Shown: one piece after another, positions 14,507 to 31,430 of the stretch
How positions within the stretch are numbered: the stretch's first letter is position 1
Layout: the number at the start of each line of letters is the position of its first letter
Source: Octopus vulgaris
Lineage: Eukaryota
Assembly: GCA_951406725.2 (NCBI GenBank)
Contig: OX597832.1
Span: forward strand, 34,472,001 to 34,536,000
Length of the DNA: 64,000 bases
Direction: 5' to 3'
Made by a program: the position numbers and the translations under genes
The notes under the pieces: model-generated
Told to the model about the DNA's origin: nothing
The model's database searches: none
Seen by the model: the letters and a program-made list of their open reading frames with translations, nothing else

Positions 14507-15329
14507 TCACTCGGCTACAACCACTCGCAACACTCGTGCTAAATATTTCCATCTTTTGTTAAACATTTTCTCTGACAGACATCTCTTCTTCAGCCCTACT
14601 TTACTTTTCAAGTGAAAAGTGAAATACCTCTGTAAGGCAAAGCCAGAGACGAAGCTGCCTGTCTTTATTGCTTTAATCCTTGTCTTCCATGCCACCTCTT
14701 TCGCTTTTGCTACCACGATGAAAAAACAATTCTTACCTTCATTAGATAAAAAATCAGGCGGATCAATTGCTTTTACGAAGTTTTCCATGAGACCAAGTTT
14801 GAAGTGAAAAGGTGGAAGGAAGACTTTTACCGGTTTACCCACGGCATATGCTGCACATTGAACCGACTAACTATGCGCTCATCTCATTTAGGCCAGTCTT
14901 TTACAGTGTAATGATTGCTGTCGTCGCGGCTGTTCCAAACACGCAGGAAGCACATTGTAGTGGTAGTTTGGATCCCAAAACTTCTGCCCTCTCATTTGAC
15001 AATGCTAGTTCTCTTACTAAATCGTTCAAATCTTGATTAAACTAGCATGGCTCATTTTTCTTAGAATCACCTACGTACTCTTCGTCGATAGGAGAGTCAG
15101 GGAGATTCATCGTGCGACGTGTCAAGATTTTCAAGTGAAGCATATGAGAGGGGAACTGGGACAGGGTTCTCGAAGTCATGTGGGACCGGTTTAGAGCCGA
15201 CTTACAATCTGCATACATAATGTTTCCTCTGAGAAACCAATTAATTTTAGTCACGCAATAATCAGACATGATTGGTTGGCTCACGCCATACCGTTGGCAA
15301 AACAAAAGGTATTCTCTTTCGTTTTCCAT
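14507..15329 (-). pseudogene. mixed decayed TE fragments (Tx1/L1-like ORF2 C-terminus plus a DNA-transposase motif)
   Basis: FFIVVAKAKEVAWKTR..FHLKSKV..F.KRW resembles the L1/Tx1 ORF2 tail; VFLPPFHFKLGLMENFVKAID resembles the LPPLHIKLGLMKNFVKA motif of a widespread invertebrate DNA transposase (recalled as CMC/Chapaev-like, unverified). Confidence 0.45.
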
Positions 15330-15814
15330 TCACCCACTAGTATTCGTATCCTTTCTCCTTCCCTTTCATCTACATCTCCTTTTCTTCTCTGTCGCTCCCT
15401 CTCCCTGCTGTCTTTCTCCTCTGCCTGCTGGTGCCACGTGACCAGCGGCCAATTTCTCCTTTCTTCCTTTCTTAGACTGGTCCCTTAGCTGACCAGTCGC
15501 AAATTCTGTCTCTCCGTCTCCATCGTTCAAAACTTTTTTCTAAGCGTTACCCACTATTCCCGTCTTCTTGGCTCCAAGGCCGTATTTTGTTCAACTGTTC
15601 GTCCTCGTCCACCGTCCTAAATCACAGTGCCATTTTGTTTGCTCTTGTCCCTAATTCCACGCAAGAAAACTCATTATTTTTGCTGGCACCGCCAACTGGG
15701 AAGCATTCAGTCTTATCATTGGTCCATAACTGATGAAGAATTATGGAGTTTCTGTTTGTCTCACGTTTGTTTTTCAATTCAGTATACCTTATGTCGTTTG
15801 TTTATATATTTTTT

Positions 15815-15930
<116 letters not shown>

Positions 15931-16000
15931 CAGACATATGCATTACTGTACGTATAAACATGTATAAACATGCATATATGTACACGTATATGTGGGTATG

Positions 16001-16338
16001 TATTCTTGTTTCAGTCATTCAACTGCGGCTATGCTGGAGCACCGCCTTCGGTCAAAGAAATCAACCCGGGACTTATTCTTTGTAAGCCTATCGGTCTCTT
16101 TGCCGAACCGCCAAGTTACGGGGAGGTAAATACACCAACATCGGTTGCCAAGCATTGGTGAGGAACAGACAGACAAAAAAATATACACACATATATATAC
16201 AACGGGCTTTCGGTTTCCGTCTACCAAATCCAGTCACAAGGCTATGGTCGGCCCGAAGCTATAGTAGAAGACACATACCCAAGGTACCACGCATAGGGAC
16301 TGAACTCGGATACGTGTGGTTGGTAAGCAAGCTTCTTG
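16001..16338 (-). mobile_element. tRNA-derived SINE whose 3' tail matches the LINE A/B tail
   Basis: Head GGCTGTGTGGCAAGAAGCTTGCT..GAGTTCAGTCCC; tail AGGCGGTGCTCCAGCATAGCCGCAGTTGAATGACTGAAAC. Confidence 0.8.
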
Positions 16339-16357
16339 CCACACAGCCACCCCTGCG

Positions 16358-16399
<42 letters not shown>

Positions 16400-16664
16400 C
16401 AAAATGTTTGGAACGGAATTGTAACACTGCAAGCCAATCTTTTATAAACAAACATATCTAAAATCTGCATCCGGAAGTATTGAGTACTTACTTTAGGAAG
16501 TGAACAACTTTGCTCTGACAAACATACTAATACATATAATGTATATATATATATACATATATACATACTATTATATATTTATATATACATATATATATAT
16601 ATGTGTATATGTATATATATGTATATATATATGTATATATATACATATATATATATATACACAC

Positions 16665-16713
<49 letters not shown>

Positions 16714-16910
16714 CATATATATATGTATATAGATATATATATATATGGGTGTGTGTGATTGTGTATAGAAGAATATATTAATAAAAAGAATTCCAACCTT
16801 GTCTGATTTTCACGTTTTATTTACAATCTTATAATGATATATTATAAGATAATATATTATAATTGAATAAAATAAAATGAAATAGTAGAATGTTAAATAT
16901 TCATTCTGAT

Positions 16911-16955
16911 TGAACTAGTACTTTCATGCATTGAATTCTGCAATCTTCGGGTTCA
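16911..16955 (-). ncRNA. minimal hammerhead ribozyme (mirror copy)
   Basis: Exact reverse complement of 20525-20569. Confidence 0.7.
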
Positions 16956-17449
16956 TGTAGTAGTGTTGACAGTCATGCTTCACAATTTTTGACTGTAGCA
17001 AGATGAGTGATTCTGTGCTATAAATACAGCTGGGTAGGCTCCAGAGTGCTAGGTTTTGCAAACTGTATTCTGACCAATCAGTGTGTAGTATCACTCAATT
17101 ACTTAAGCTGATTGGTTGGTTGAGCTGATTGGTTTAGGCATCACGCTTTGTTGGACAGGTCAAGAGTCCTGTATCTTGACCCTGGCCGAAGCAGCAATTG
17201 TTGGGTTATTTTTAGAAATGTTGTAAATATCCTTTGTCAGAGATTTTTATATTTTTATATTTCAATTGTCATCATCATCATTGTCAGCACCTTAATTATT
17301 GTTGCTAGTGGTGATGGTGGTGGCAATAGAACTTTTAACCCTAAATAAGATAATTTTCCTGCTATCTTCGTCTTGATCACCTTTAGTATTGTTGTTGTTG
17401 TTAGTGGTCATGGTCGTAGCAGTGGAAGTAATACCTCTAAGTATTATTA

Positions 17450-18739
17450 TTATTGCTTATTTAGCTTGGGTTCGAATTTATCAATAAAATTCTTTTCTCT
17501 GATTTTCCTCTCGATTTCACTTGGGCTGTGTAATTTGTAGAATGGAAATATTATATATATTTTCCGACCACATGTTGCTAGGTGGTTACTCAAAGGTATC
17601 TGACGGACCTCTGGGTCTCTAATCTGTTGCCGGTGTACACGTGAGCGTTCTAATAGTGCGGTTTCCCGTCTGACCTACATATATTTCTTCACAATTTGGG
17701 CATTTGATGCAGTAAATTAAATTTCTGCTTTTGCAGTTCATATTCGCGTTTGTGAATATTTTCCGGTTTTTGTGTTTATATATTGACCGGTATGTATGAA
17801 TTGGCATGTGCCACATCGGCTATCATTGCATTTAGATACCGTGAATGTTTGGTCTTTGTTGCTGAGGTCAAATTTTGCCTTTGTTAGTAATGTTTTCAAG
17901 TTTTTAGGCTGTCTTTTACTAAGCACCATAGCTCGATCCTTGATTATGTCTTTTAATTCATTACTTTGGGCAATGATTGGTAGGTTTGCTTTGGCAATGT
18001 TGAAGATATTCTGGTGACATGGGTTGTGTGTCACTATGAATGGTATGACTTGTTCTTGTTTTCCTCTTCCTTGGGTTGTCCTAAGTTGTTGTATAGGTAT
18101 TTTTATAGCCCGCTGTATGCCATTTTCTATAAGTAGAGATGGGTATTTTTGTTTGAGCAAAAATTCTCTTAGTTCTATTAGGCGTTTGTTCCTGATATTT
18201 GCATCTTCTACAATAGTACAAATTCTTCTGGCTAGGCAGTATGGGATGTTACGTTTTGTATGTGGTGGATGGCACGACTTAAAATTTAGGTATTGATGTG
18301 TGTCTGTGTGTTTATAGTATATATCTGTGGTGATGGTGGTGTCTTTTTTAATTACCATTATATCCAGGAATGGTAATTTGGTACTACTCATCTCCTTTGT
18401 AAATTTGAGAGATGGGTGTAGGTTGTTCAGGAGGATATTGAACTCTTCCAGAGTATTTAGAGATTCTGTCCAGATTATGAAACAGTCGTCTAGGTATCTC
18501 TTCCATGCCTTTTCAATATACTTTCTAAATCCAGTGCCATAGTTTACCTCCACCTCTTGGTAGAGTTGTTCTTCTAAGTATCCCATTACAGAGTTGGCGT
18601 AAACGGGAGCAAACCTCGTTCCCATCGCCGTGCCTCTAATTTGGATGTAATTCTTTCCATTGAAGAAGAATGTGTTATTTTCTAGAATAAGTTTGACTGT
18701 GTCTAATATAAATGGCACTGTGAATCTGCTGGGAATCAC
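17450..18739 (-). pseudogene. mirror copy of the Penelope-like ORF, frameshifted near 17765 and 17661
   Basis: Identical protein up to ...NTKTGK, then a 1-nt deletion; compensating 1-nt insertion about 100 nt further on. Confidence 0.85.
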
Positions 18740-18740
18740 T

Positions 18741-20030
18741 GTGATTCCCAGCAGATTCACAGTGCCATTTATATTAGACACAGTCAAACTTATTCTAGAA
18801 AATAACACATTCTTCTTCAATGGAAAGAATTACATCCAAATTAGAGGCACGGCGATGGGAACGAGGTTTGCTCCCGTTTACGCCAACTCTGTAATGGGAT
18901 ACTTAGAAGAACAACTCTACCAAGAGGTGGAGGTAAACTATGGCACTGGATTTAGAAAGTATATTGAAAAGGCATGGAAGAGATACCTAGACGACTGTTT
19001 CATAATCTGGACAGAATCTCTAAATACTCTGGAAGAGTTCAATATCCTCCTGAACAACCTACACCCATCTCTCAAATTTACAAAGGAGATGAGTAGTACC
19101 AAATTACCATTCCTGGATATAATGGTAATTAAAAAAGACACCACCATCACCACAGATATATACTATAAACACACAGACACACATCAATACCTAAATTTTA
19201 AGTCGTGCCATCCACCACATACAAAACGTAACATCCCATACTGCCTAGCCAGAAGAATTTGTACTATTGTAGAAGATGCAAATATCAGGAACAAACGCCT
19301 AATAGAACTAAGAGAATTTTTGCTCAAACAAAAATACCCATCTCTACTTATAGAAAATGGCATACAGCGGGCTATAAAAATACCTATACAACAACTTAGG
19401 ACAACCCAAGGAAGAGGAAAACAAGAACAAGTCATACCATTCATAGTGACACACAACCCATGTCACCAGAATATCTTCAACATTGCCAAAGCAAACCTAC
19501 CAATCATTGCCCAAAGTAATGAATTAAAAGACATAATCAAGGATCGAGCTATGGTGCTTAGTAAAAGACAGCCTAAAAACTTGAAAACATTACTAACAAA
19601 GGCAAAATTTGACCTCAGCAACAAAGACCAAACATTCACGGTATCTAAATGCAATGATAGCCGATGTGGCACATGCCAATTCATACATACCGGTCAATAT
19701 ATAAACACAAAAACCGGGAAAATATTCACAAACGCGAATATGAACTGCAAAAGCAGAAATTTAATTTACTGCATCAAATGCCCAAATTGTGAAGAAATAT
19801 ATGTAGGTCAGACGGGAAACGCACTATTAGAACGCTCACGTGTACACCGGCAACAGATTAGAGACCCAGAGGTCCGTCAGATACCTTTGAGTAACCACCT
19901 AGCAACATGTGGTCGGAAAATATATATAATATTTCCATTCTACAAATTACACAGCCCAAGTGAAATCGAGAGGAAAATCAGAGAAAAGAATTTTATTGAT
20001 AAATTCGAACCCAAGCTAAATAAGCAATAA
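18741..20030 (+). CDS. Penelope-like (Neptune-type) RT C-terminal half, Cys linker and GIY-YIG endonuclease; 5'-truncated
   Basis: GTAMGTRFAP.YAN, RYLDD, LPFLD, DIYYK.TD..QYL...SCHP, C-x4-C-x2-C linker, NLIYCIKC..C..IYVGQT..R...H; the first ~27 aa of the listed ORF come from the antisense arm. Confidence 0.9.
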   Translation: MIPSRFTVPFILDTVKLILENNTFFFNGKNYIQIRGTAMGTRFAPVYANSVMGYLEEQLYQEVEVNYGTGFRKYIEKAWKRYLDDCFIIWTESLNTLEEFNILLNNLHPSLKFTKEMSSTKLPFLDIMVIKKDTTITTDIYYKHTDTHQYLNFKSCHPPHTKRNIPYCLARRICTIVEDANIRNKRLIELREFLLKQKYPSLLIENGIQRAIKIPIQQLRTTQGRGKQEQVIPFIVTHNPCHQNIFNIAKANLPIIAQSNELKDIIKDRAMVLSKRQPKNLKTLLTKAKFDLSNKDQTFTVSKCNDSRCGTCQFIHTGQYINTKTGKIFTNANMNCKSRNLIYCIKCPNCEEIYVGQTGNALLERSRVHRQQIRDPEVRQIPLSNHLATCGRKIYIIFPFYKLHSPSEIERKIREKNFIDKFEPKLNKQ

Positions 20031-20524
20031 TAATAATACTTAGAGGTATTACTTCCACTGCTACGACCATGACCACTAACAACAACAACAATACTAAAGG
20101 TGATCAAGACGAAGATAGCAGGAAAATTATCTTATTTAGGGTTAAAAGTTCTATTGCCACCACCATCACCACTAGCAACAATAATTAAGGTGCTGACAAT
20201 GATGATGATGACAATTGAAATATAAAAATATAAAAATCTCTGACAAAGGATATTTACAACATTTCTAAAAATAACCCAACAATTGCTGCTTCGGCCAGGG
20301 TCAAGATACAGGACTCTTGACCTGTCCAACAAAGCGTGATGCCTAAACCAATCAGCTCAACCAACCAATCAGCTTAAGTAATTGAGTGATACTACACACT
20401 GATTGGTCAGAATACTGTTTGCAAAACCTAGCACTCTGGAGCCTACCCAGCTGTATTTATAGCACAGAATCACTCATCTTGCTACAGTCAAAAATTGTGA
20501 AGCATGACTGTCAACACTACTACA

Positions 20525-20569
20525 TGAACCCGAAGATTGCAGAATTCAATGCATGAAAGTACTAGTTCA
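20525..20569 (+). ncRNA. minimal type-I hammerhead ribozyme in the Penelope 3' region (pLTR)
   Basis: TGAAC-CCGAAGA (U-to-C core variant)-TGCA/TGCA stem II-GAAA-GTAC-TA-GTTCA; stem III is the palindrome AGTACT. Confidence 0.7.
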
Positions 20570-20757
20570 ATCAGAATGAATATTTAACATTCTACTATTT
20601 CATTTTATTTTATTCAATTATAATATATTATCTTATAATATATCATTATAAGATTGTAAATAAAACGTGAAAATCAGACAAGGTTGGAATTCTTTTTATT
20701 AATATATGTATATATATATACATACATATATATATATGTATATATATATATACATAC

Positions 20758-20791
<34 letters not shown>

Positions 20792-21153
20792 ATACATATA
20801 TATACATATACACATATATATATACATATATATATACATATACATATATATATATACATACATATATATATACATGTATATATATATATACATATACATA
20901 TATATATATACATATATATATACATGTATATATATATACATATACATATATATATACATGTATATATATATACATATACATATATATATATACATATATA
21001 TATACATGTATATATATATATACATATACATATATATATATACATACATATATATATATACATGTATATATATATATATATACGTATATATATATATGAA
21101 TATATATATGTATATATATGTATATGTATATATATATATGTATATATATATAT

Positions 21154-24100
21154 ACTTCCGGCTTCGTAGAGTAAACACTTGTTGTCTTGCTCTGCGATAA
21201 AAAACAAGAAGGGTTGCATATAAGTCGACGAAATAATTTGGCGAACACTCACAAAAAACGTAGAAATTATTACCTTATAGACGTATACTTGGACATTTTG
21301 TTTAAAAACCGTAATATATTTTGCCACAAGTCAAGTATTGTTCACTTGTGCTCGCAACACACACAAGATTTCTCCCTGTCGAAAAAGCACATGGAATCTT
21401 CTAAATTTATTTCCAGTCGACTCAAATAGCAAAAGGAAAAAAGAAAACCTCTTTGTATACCTTTAATAAGATAAGTAATCGAATTCTTGTTTATATCTCC
21501 GTAAACTCTTGTTTTACCGTTAATTCCGGTATATCTATCCTACATATATTATTTGTCACATGCGTGTATATATCTGTATGTATATGTATATCGAATTCTT
21601 GTTTATATCTCCGTAAATTCTTGTTTTACCGTTAATTCCGGTATATCTATGTGTATGTATATGTGTGTGTTAGAAGTATAGTCGCAATTAGTTTTATTTT
21701 AGAAGACATTGTCTGTAGCGACGGACAAATATATATTTTCTTTTCTCTTTTTCTCTGCTTAAATTCTGTAAAATCTCTTGGCTTGTTTTCTTCCAGCTAT
21801 TTTATTATTGTTATTATTGTTTCTTTATATACTCACTTGTTACTCTTGTTTATATATGTGCATGTGCACACATGTGTATATGTGTGTATGTATATGTATG
21901 TATACATGTGTATGTGTGTGTACAAATAGCTTCGTTTAGAATTCTTCCCTCTCTGTCTGTCTCTTCAGTTCTCTCCCTCACGCTTCTCCTTGTCTCTTCA
22001 TTACTCTCTTCTATCTTACTCCCCTCTTTCAGATATATAAATTCTTTCTCTCTCTATTTCTTCCTTCTCTCCCTGTCTCTTCAGTTCTCTCCCTCACGCT
22101 TCTCCTTGTCTCCTCATTACTCCCTTCTATCTTACTCTCCTCTTTCAGATATATATATCTTACTCTCCTCTTTCAGATATATATATTCTTTCTCTATTTC
22201 TTCCCTCTCTCTCTGTCTCTTCAGTTCGCTCCCTCACGCTTCTCCTTGTCTCTTCATTACTCTCTTCTACCTTACTCTCCTCTCTCAGCTCTCAATCTCT
22301 CTCTAAGGACATAAACGCTTTCTCTCTCTTCCTTCAGCTCTCAGTCTCTCCTCTTCTTCTTCTCTCTTACTCTCTTCTTTTGGCTCCCAATCTCTCCTTA
22401 AGTACATAGACGCTCTCTTTCTCTATTCCCTCCCTACCCCCTATTGCACTATTAGATTAATATAAATTAATATAATTAGATAGATAGATATTTAGATAAA
22501 ATATCAAGAATGTCCAGAACCTGGAAACGTGACGAATTGGCGTGGTTCCTGCGAGGATGGCAATGCGCTGACGGAGAAAATCCAAATAATATAATTACGG
22601 CTGCGCTGAAGAACAACGGATACAAAAGGACGTCAGCTCAAATAGAGCGGAAGAAGCAAGAATTTATACGCTCCTACGCACTTGTCAGATCGCACATTAA
22701 CACGCTGGATGCCATTTTTGACAGCGAAAAACGCGAACAAAGTAAAGATGGCAAGGATAGAGACGCGGGCGCTGATGAGGAGGGTCACCCCCACCTGGTA
22801 GACGCCCAGGAAGAAAACTCCAGTGAGAGGCCTGCCCGGGAGATGAACCCAGGTGCGGATGCTCCTCCCGGCACCAAAAGCCATGGACATGGAGATGAAA
22901 AAACCAAAAAAGGAGGAAAAACTGAAGCTAAAACTCAGACAAAGCCAAGGGACAAGGCAGCCAGAGATAGAGGCAAACCTAACTGTCCATATGCCAAAAA
23001 GGATGGAAACAAGCAGTGCACACGGGTATGTAGGTTCTACCTGAAAGGTGCCTGCCGGCATGGAGAGGAAGGTGCAGGCTGCCGCTTTGCACATCCGGGA
23101 CCCTGCCACAGAAACCAACCACCGAAAGGAAATGGGATGGACCACGCATCACCTGCCCCAAAACGGAGGTACGCAGATGTGGTGCGTGCCACAAACCACC
23201 AACGTGTTGTTGAAAGGGCAGCTGCTGAGCGGGAATCTTTTTTGTGCATGGCACAAAAGATTGTACAGCAGCTAACCTGGCTCCATCAGGCTCAGGCTCG
23301 CAGATGGAACTGCCCACAGTTCACAAGACCGCCACAGCAGATGGACCCAGGGTGGACACCACCGGCAACAGCATACACCTCACCTCGATGCTCCTACTGA
23401 ACATCAGAGGACTACTAACACACAGTAACAGGACAAAAGTCCCGTTCCTGAGAGACTTTGTTGCATGCAATCAAGCCTTATGCATAGCACTCACGGAAAC
23501 GCACCTGAAACCGGACATAGCAGATGCGAGTTACACATACCACAGTATGCTGTACTACGGACCGACAGGAAAGAAAGGAGTCATGGAGGTGTTGCTATGT
23601 ACATCCGTGAGGACCTCACACCCCAGGTCCTCTTGTCATACTCAAACTCGGTGTGTGACACACTAATTGTACATATTAGGCAACTTGATATAGTTGTGTG
23701 TGCTACATATCGCCCTCCAGATGCCCCAAGCCATGTGGGCAAGTTTGAAGACTGCCTTATAACCACATTAGAACAACACATATGTGTACTTCTTATAGGA
23801 GACTTCAATCTGCCTAATGTCAGATGGCCCGAGGGCCTTTCTCTCCCAGGAATGACAAGATGTGAACGAGGACAGGCGAGGTCCCTCCTGAACCTCCTCA
23901 ACACCCTGTACATGGAGCAGGTAATACTCCAACCAACCAGGGCAGGTAACATACTGGATCTCTGCTTCACAAATGACATGGATCTCATCCATAATGTGAA
24001 AGTGACACCGACACTACTCTCGGATCACAACATGATAGAGCTGAGCATGTACGGTCCACAAGAGAGCACGGACATACAGCCTACAAGAAACCCTCAGAAT

Positions 24101-26423
24101 CTTTCCAGCTTGAACTACCATAAGGCAAACTGGAAACGAATTGAAAAAGAGATCCTCAAACAAAACTGGCCTAAATGTCTCTCCTCGCCAGACATCGACG
24201 TGAAACTTCAACAATTCATGTCTGTAATGCATGCCATATGCTACAAATGTGTCCCAGAGAGAAAGGCTACTGTACACAAGAACAAAATCCCCAGAGAGAG
24301 GAAAATTTTAATGAGACGGCGTACAAAATTTTCAAATCGCCTAAACAAACAAATTGAAAGCAGTGAAAAGTCCCGCCTAAAAATAAAACTGTTGGAAATC
24401 GAAAAATGTCTGCAACTCTCCCATGAAAAGGAAAGAGCAGACAAAGAAGCCTGGGCTATAGACAACATAAAATCTAACCCCAGAGCTTTCTACAGGTATG
24501 CCAAAGAAACAGCTACGGTGCACTGTAGGATAGGGCCACTCCTTGAAAAGGATGGCACACTCATAGGAAAACCAATGAGGGTAAGTGAAATACTGAATGA
24601 GCAATTCAAGAGTGTTTTCACTCCACCCCTTGGGCATCTCCAAATCACCAATCCAAATGACATTTTACCACTGCAGATATAAAATCAGAGGCGGCGACGA
24701 TAGATTACATCGATATAAAGGAAGACGATGTAATCAAGGCTATTGATGAAATGAAAACAGACTCAGCTACTGGCCCCGATGGATTCCCGGCAATCCTCCT
24801 AAAAGCATGTAAGAGAGTCCTAGCAAGACCACTGCAGTTCCTCTTTCAGAGCTTCCTTGCAGCTGGCAAACTTCCAAGAAAACTGAAGGAAGGTAAAATA
24901 TGCCCCATTCATAAAGGAGGTAGCAGAGCGGAATCAAGAAGTAGAGACCTATCTCTCTGACCTCACACATCAGCAAGGTCATGGACAAATAGTCAGAAGG
25001 AAGCTGATCACCTTCCTTGAAGAGAATGACTTGCTGCCCGACACCCAACATGGTTTCCGACCAGGGAGAAGCTGTTTAACTCAACTCCTACAACACTATG
25101 ACTGGGTGCTGAAACGGCTGCTCAACCACTCAAATGTGGAAGTGATATATCTCGACTTTGCAAAGGCCTTTGATAAAGTCGATCATGGAATGATATGTCA
25201 CAAACTGCGTGATCTCAACATAGTTGGAAAACTGGGAGAATGGCTTCATGACTTTCTGAAGGATAGAAGTCAGGTGGTAGTAGCCAATGGGGCCACCTCC
25301 ATTAACACACAAATAGTGAGCGGTGTTCCGCAGGGCACTGTTCTGGGACCACTACTGTTCATAATGGCCCTCTCAGACATGCCCTCAGCCACGCAGAGAG
25401 CCACGATCACAAGTTATGCAGATGATACAAAAGTTTCACAGGCAATACAGAACCCTGAGGACACTAAACACCTGCAATGTGAGCTAGACAAAATATACAA
25501 GTGGGCCGAAAAGAATAGCATGCAGTTCAATGCTGAAAAGTTTCAAGCTCTATACTATCAGCATGCAAAACTAAATGCCGTACCCAATGAATACACTGGA
25601 CCCGGAGGAATAGCAATCCCAGAGGCACAATCAGTGCGTGACCTAGGTATTCACATGAGTGATGACGCGACCTTTCGTGTACATGTTGCTAAATTGGCAA
25701 TGAAATGTAGACGACTGGCTGGATGGATTCTTAGAACCTTTAGAACAAGAGAACAAGAAACCATGATGGTCCTCTGGAAGACACTTGTCCTAAGCCACTT
25801 TGACTACTGCTCTCAGTTATGGTCACCATCCAGTGTCAATTTGATCACAGAGCTCGAGGCGATCCAACGTAGCTACACGAAGAAGATAGCCTCTATGCAG
25901 AATATAAGCTACTGGGAAAGACTCAAGAGATTAAAACTATATTCCCTGGAGCGTAGGCGGGAAAGATATGCCATAATATACATCTGGAAGATCCTGGAGG
26001 GAAGTGTCCCAAACTTTGGCATCGAGAGTTACGCAAATGCCAGAACTGGGCGCCACTGCGTGGTGCCTAGGACTCCAAACTTGCCATCAAGATGTAGGAC
26101 AAGATTCTGTGATAGCCTGGGCTTCCGAGGCCCACAGCTCTTCAATATCCTCCCGAAGAACCTGAGAGACCTGCATGGGGTGGATGCAGATGTCTTTAAA
26201 ATGAAGCTGGATCTCTTCCTGTCAGGTGTCCCAGATGAACCAACTTCACGGCAGGAGGGGCAGATGAGGGCAGCTGCATCGAACTCTCTCATGCACCAAA
26301 TGGCAGTTGCTAGAAAGCTTTCGTGAAGTGAAACCAAGTAGCAACACCAAATGGCGGTGCCTCAGCATGGCCACAGCTCATAAGCTGAAACTAGAATCAA
26401 TCAATCAATCAATCAATCAATCA
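21154..26423 (+). mobile_element. LINE family A, full-length; ORF1 intact, ORF2 frameshifted
   Basis: Starts ACTTCCGGCTTCGTAGAGTAAACAC like the 35565 copy; ~1.35-kb 5'UTR; ORF2 broken near 23528, 24660 and 24930-24990; (AATC)n tail; TA on both sides. Confidence 0.93.
22510..23400 (+). CDS. LINE ORF1 with Myb/SANT-like domain and CCCH zinc finger
   Basis: 296-aa ATG ORF homologous to 37322-38212. Confidence 0.85.
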   Translation: MSRTWKRDELAWFLRGWQCADGENPNNIITAALKNNGYKRTSAQIERKKQEFIRSYALVRSHINTLDAIFDSEKREQSKDGKDRDAGADEEGHPHLVDAQEENSSERPAREMNPGADAPPGTKSHGHGDEKTKKGGKTEAKTQTKPRDKAARDRGKPNCPYAKKDGNKQCTRVCRFYLKGACRHGEEGAGCRFAHPGPCHRNQPPKGNGMDHASPAPKRRYADVVRATNHQRVVERAAAERESFLCMAQKIVQQLTWLHQAQARRWNCPQFTRPPQQMDPGWTPPATAYTSPRCSY

Positions 26424-27649
26424 TATATATATATATATACATATACACACAAGTTTTCTGAAACAGTTTATGTCTACTCACAAGGTATTGGTCAACTTAT
26501 ATTGAGATCGAAACCAAAACTTCATTGTTACGAAGCTAACTTCTGACCTTCTTTTACTACACAAACATGGCTACGCCTATCGTCTGTTTGTTCTCCATTT
26601 GTCTTATTTTATTTGCTTCTTTTTGTTTTGGTATTTATTAATTTAGAAATTTCAAACCACCCACATTAGACATTTTTACATGCTTTTTTTTTAGGTAAAC
26701 TTTTACGAGGGTTTCTGTTATCACTTTCTTTTCTTTTCTCTCTCTTTCTTTCCATTTTCCTTTTTCCATGTTTTTTATTTAATATTTCTTTCCTAATTTG
26801 CTAATAAATTCACTACAAATTCTTGTGTAAATAAAGAAAATATAGACGAATATTTAACATATGTTCTACCGCCACTTCAAAGATTCGTACCACAAATATT
26901 CGTTGCCATATTTATTATTTTGTTGTTGCTGTTGATGATGATATCCTTGTTGCTCTTGGTCTTAGTGGTGGTCGGCACAGTGGTCTTTTTTGTTTTTCTT
27001 TATATTTTTGTAGTCGAGACGTCAAAAATTGTGGTTATTTGAATTATGTTGTTGGGATGAATTTTTCTTAAATTGAGTTATAAAATTTCAACACTTCCTT
27101 ACGTTTATTTATTTTATTTTTCTCGAATATTTTTCTTGTGTAATTTATAGGATGTTATTCTTTTTTATTTTATTGCCAGTATTTTGAACAACAATTTACC
27201 AGTCGTTGTAATTTTTGTCAAACGTTTAGGAATTCTAGGATTTTCAAGAGTGTTGAACCACCTATTAGTCACTATTGTTCGCAGATTTACTCTGACCCGG
27301 AGTTGCAGCAACCTATCAGGGTCCCAGTTATGGTTAATTGAGCAAGAGAACCATTGGGAGTGAAAGATCCTTAGTTCCCGTTAGGACTACCTTCAAAGGA
27401 AGGTAAACCCATACAAAGAAACATGAAGCGCAGTACGTTTCTGGTCGTACCCGCCCCCCTCTGTTGTGCCGCTGGTTTTATTGCTGGGTTCAGTGCTGTT
27501 CAACACTTTATCCTTGCAGAAATATTCCCACAGAGGAACTTTCTGGACTCTCCGAACATTTGCACGAACTTACAAAGCTTAGGAAATGATTTTTCTCGGT
27601 CCCGAGTTTTCCAGCATGTATGTATATAGATATTTATCTAAACACACAC

Positions 27650-31430
<3,781 letters not shown>

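Larger units (their letters stand above)
16777..20703. mobile_element. fold-back (head-to-head inverted) 5'-truncated Penelope-like element inserted in degenerate (TA)n
   Basis: Mirror symmetry about nt 18740 (GGGAATCAC-T-GTGATTCCC); arms ~1.96 kb with two 1-nt indels and one substitution seen. Confidence 0.93.

Noticed and set aside
15725-15765. CTGATGA motif
   Set aside because: No properly placed GAAA or stems.
18660-18740. Novel N-terminus on the Penelope ORF
   Set aside because: It is the antisense read of the mirror arm with a TTG start.
27270-27610. Possible retroelement 5' fragment or exon
   Set aside because: GC-richer than its flanks but no motif I can support.
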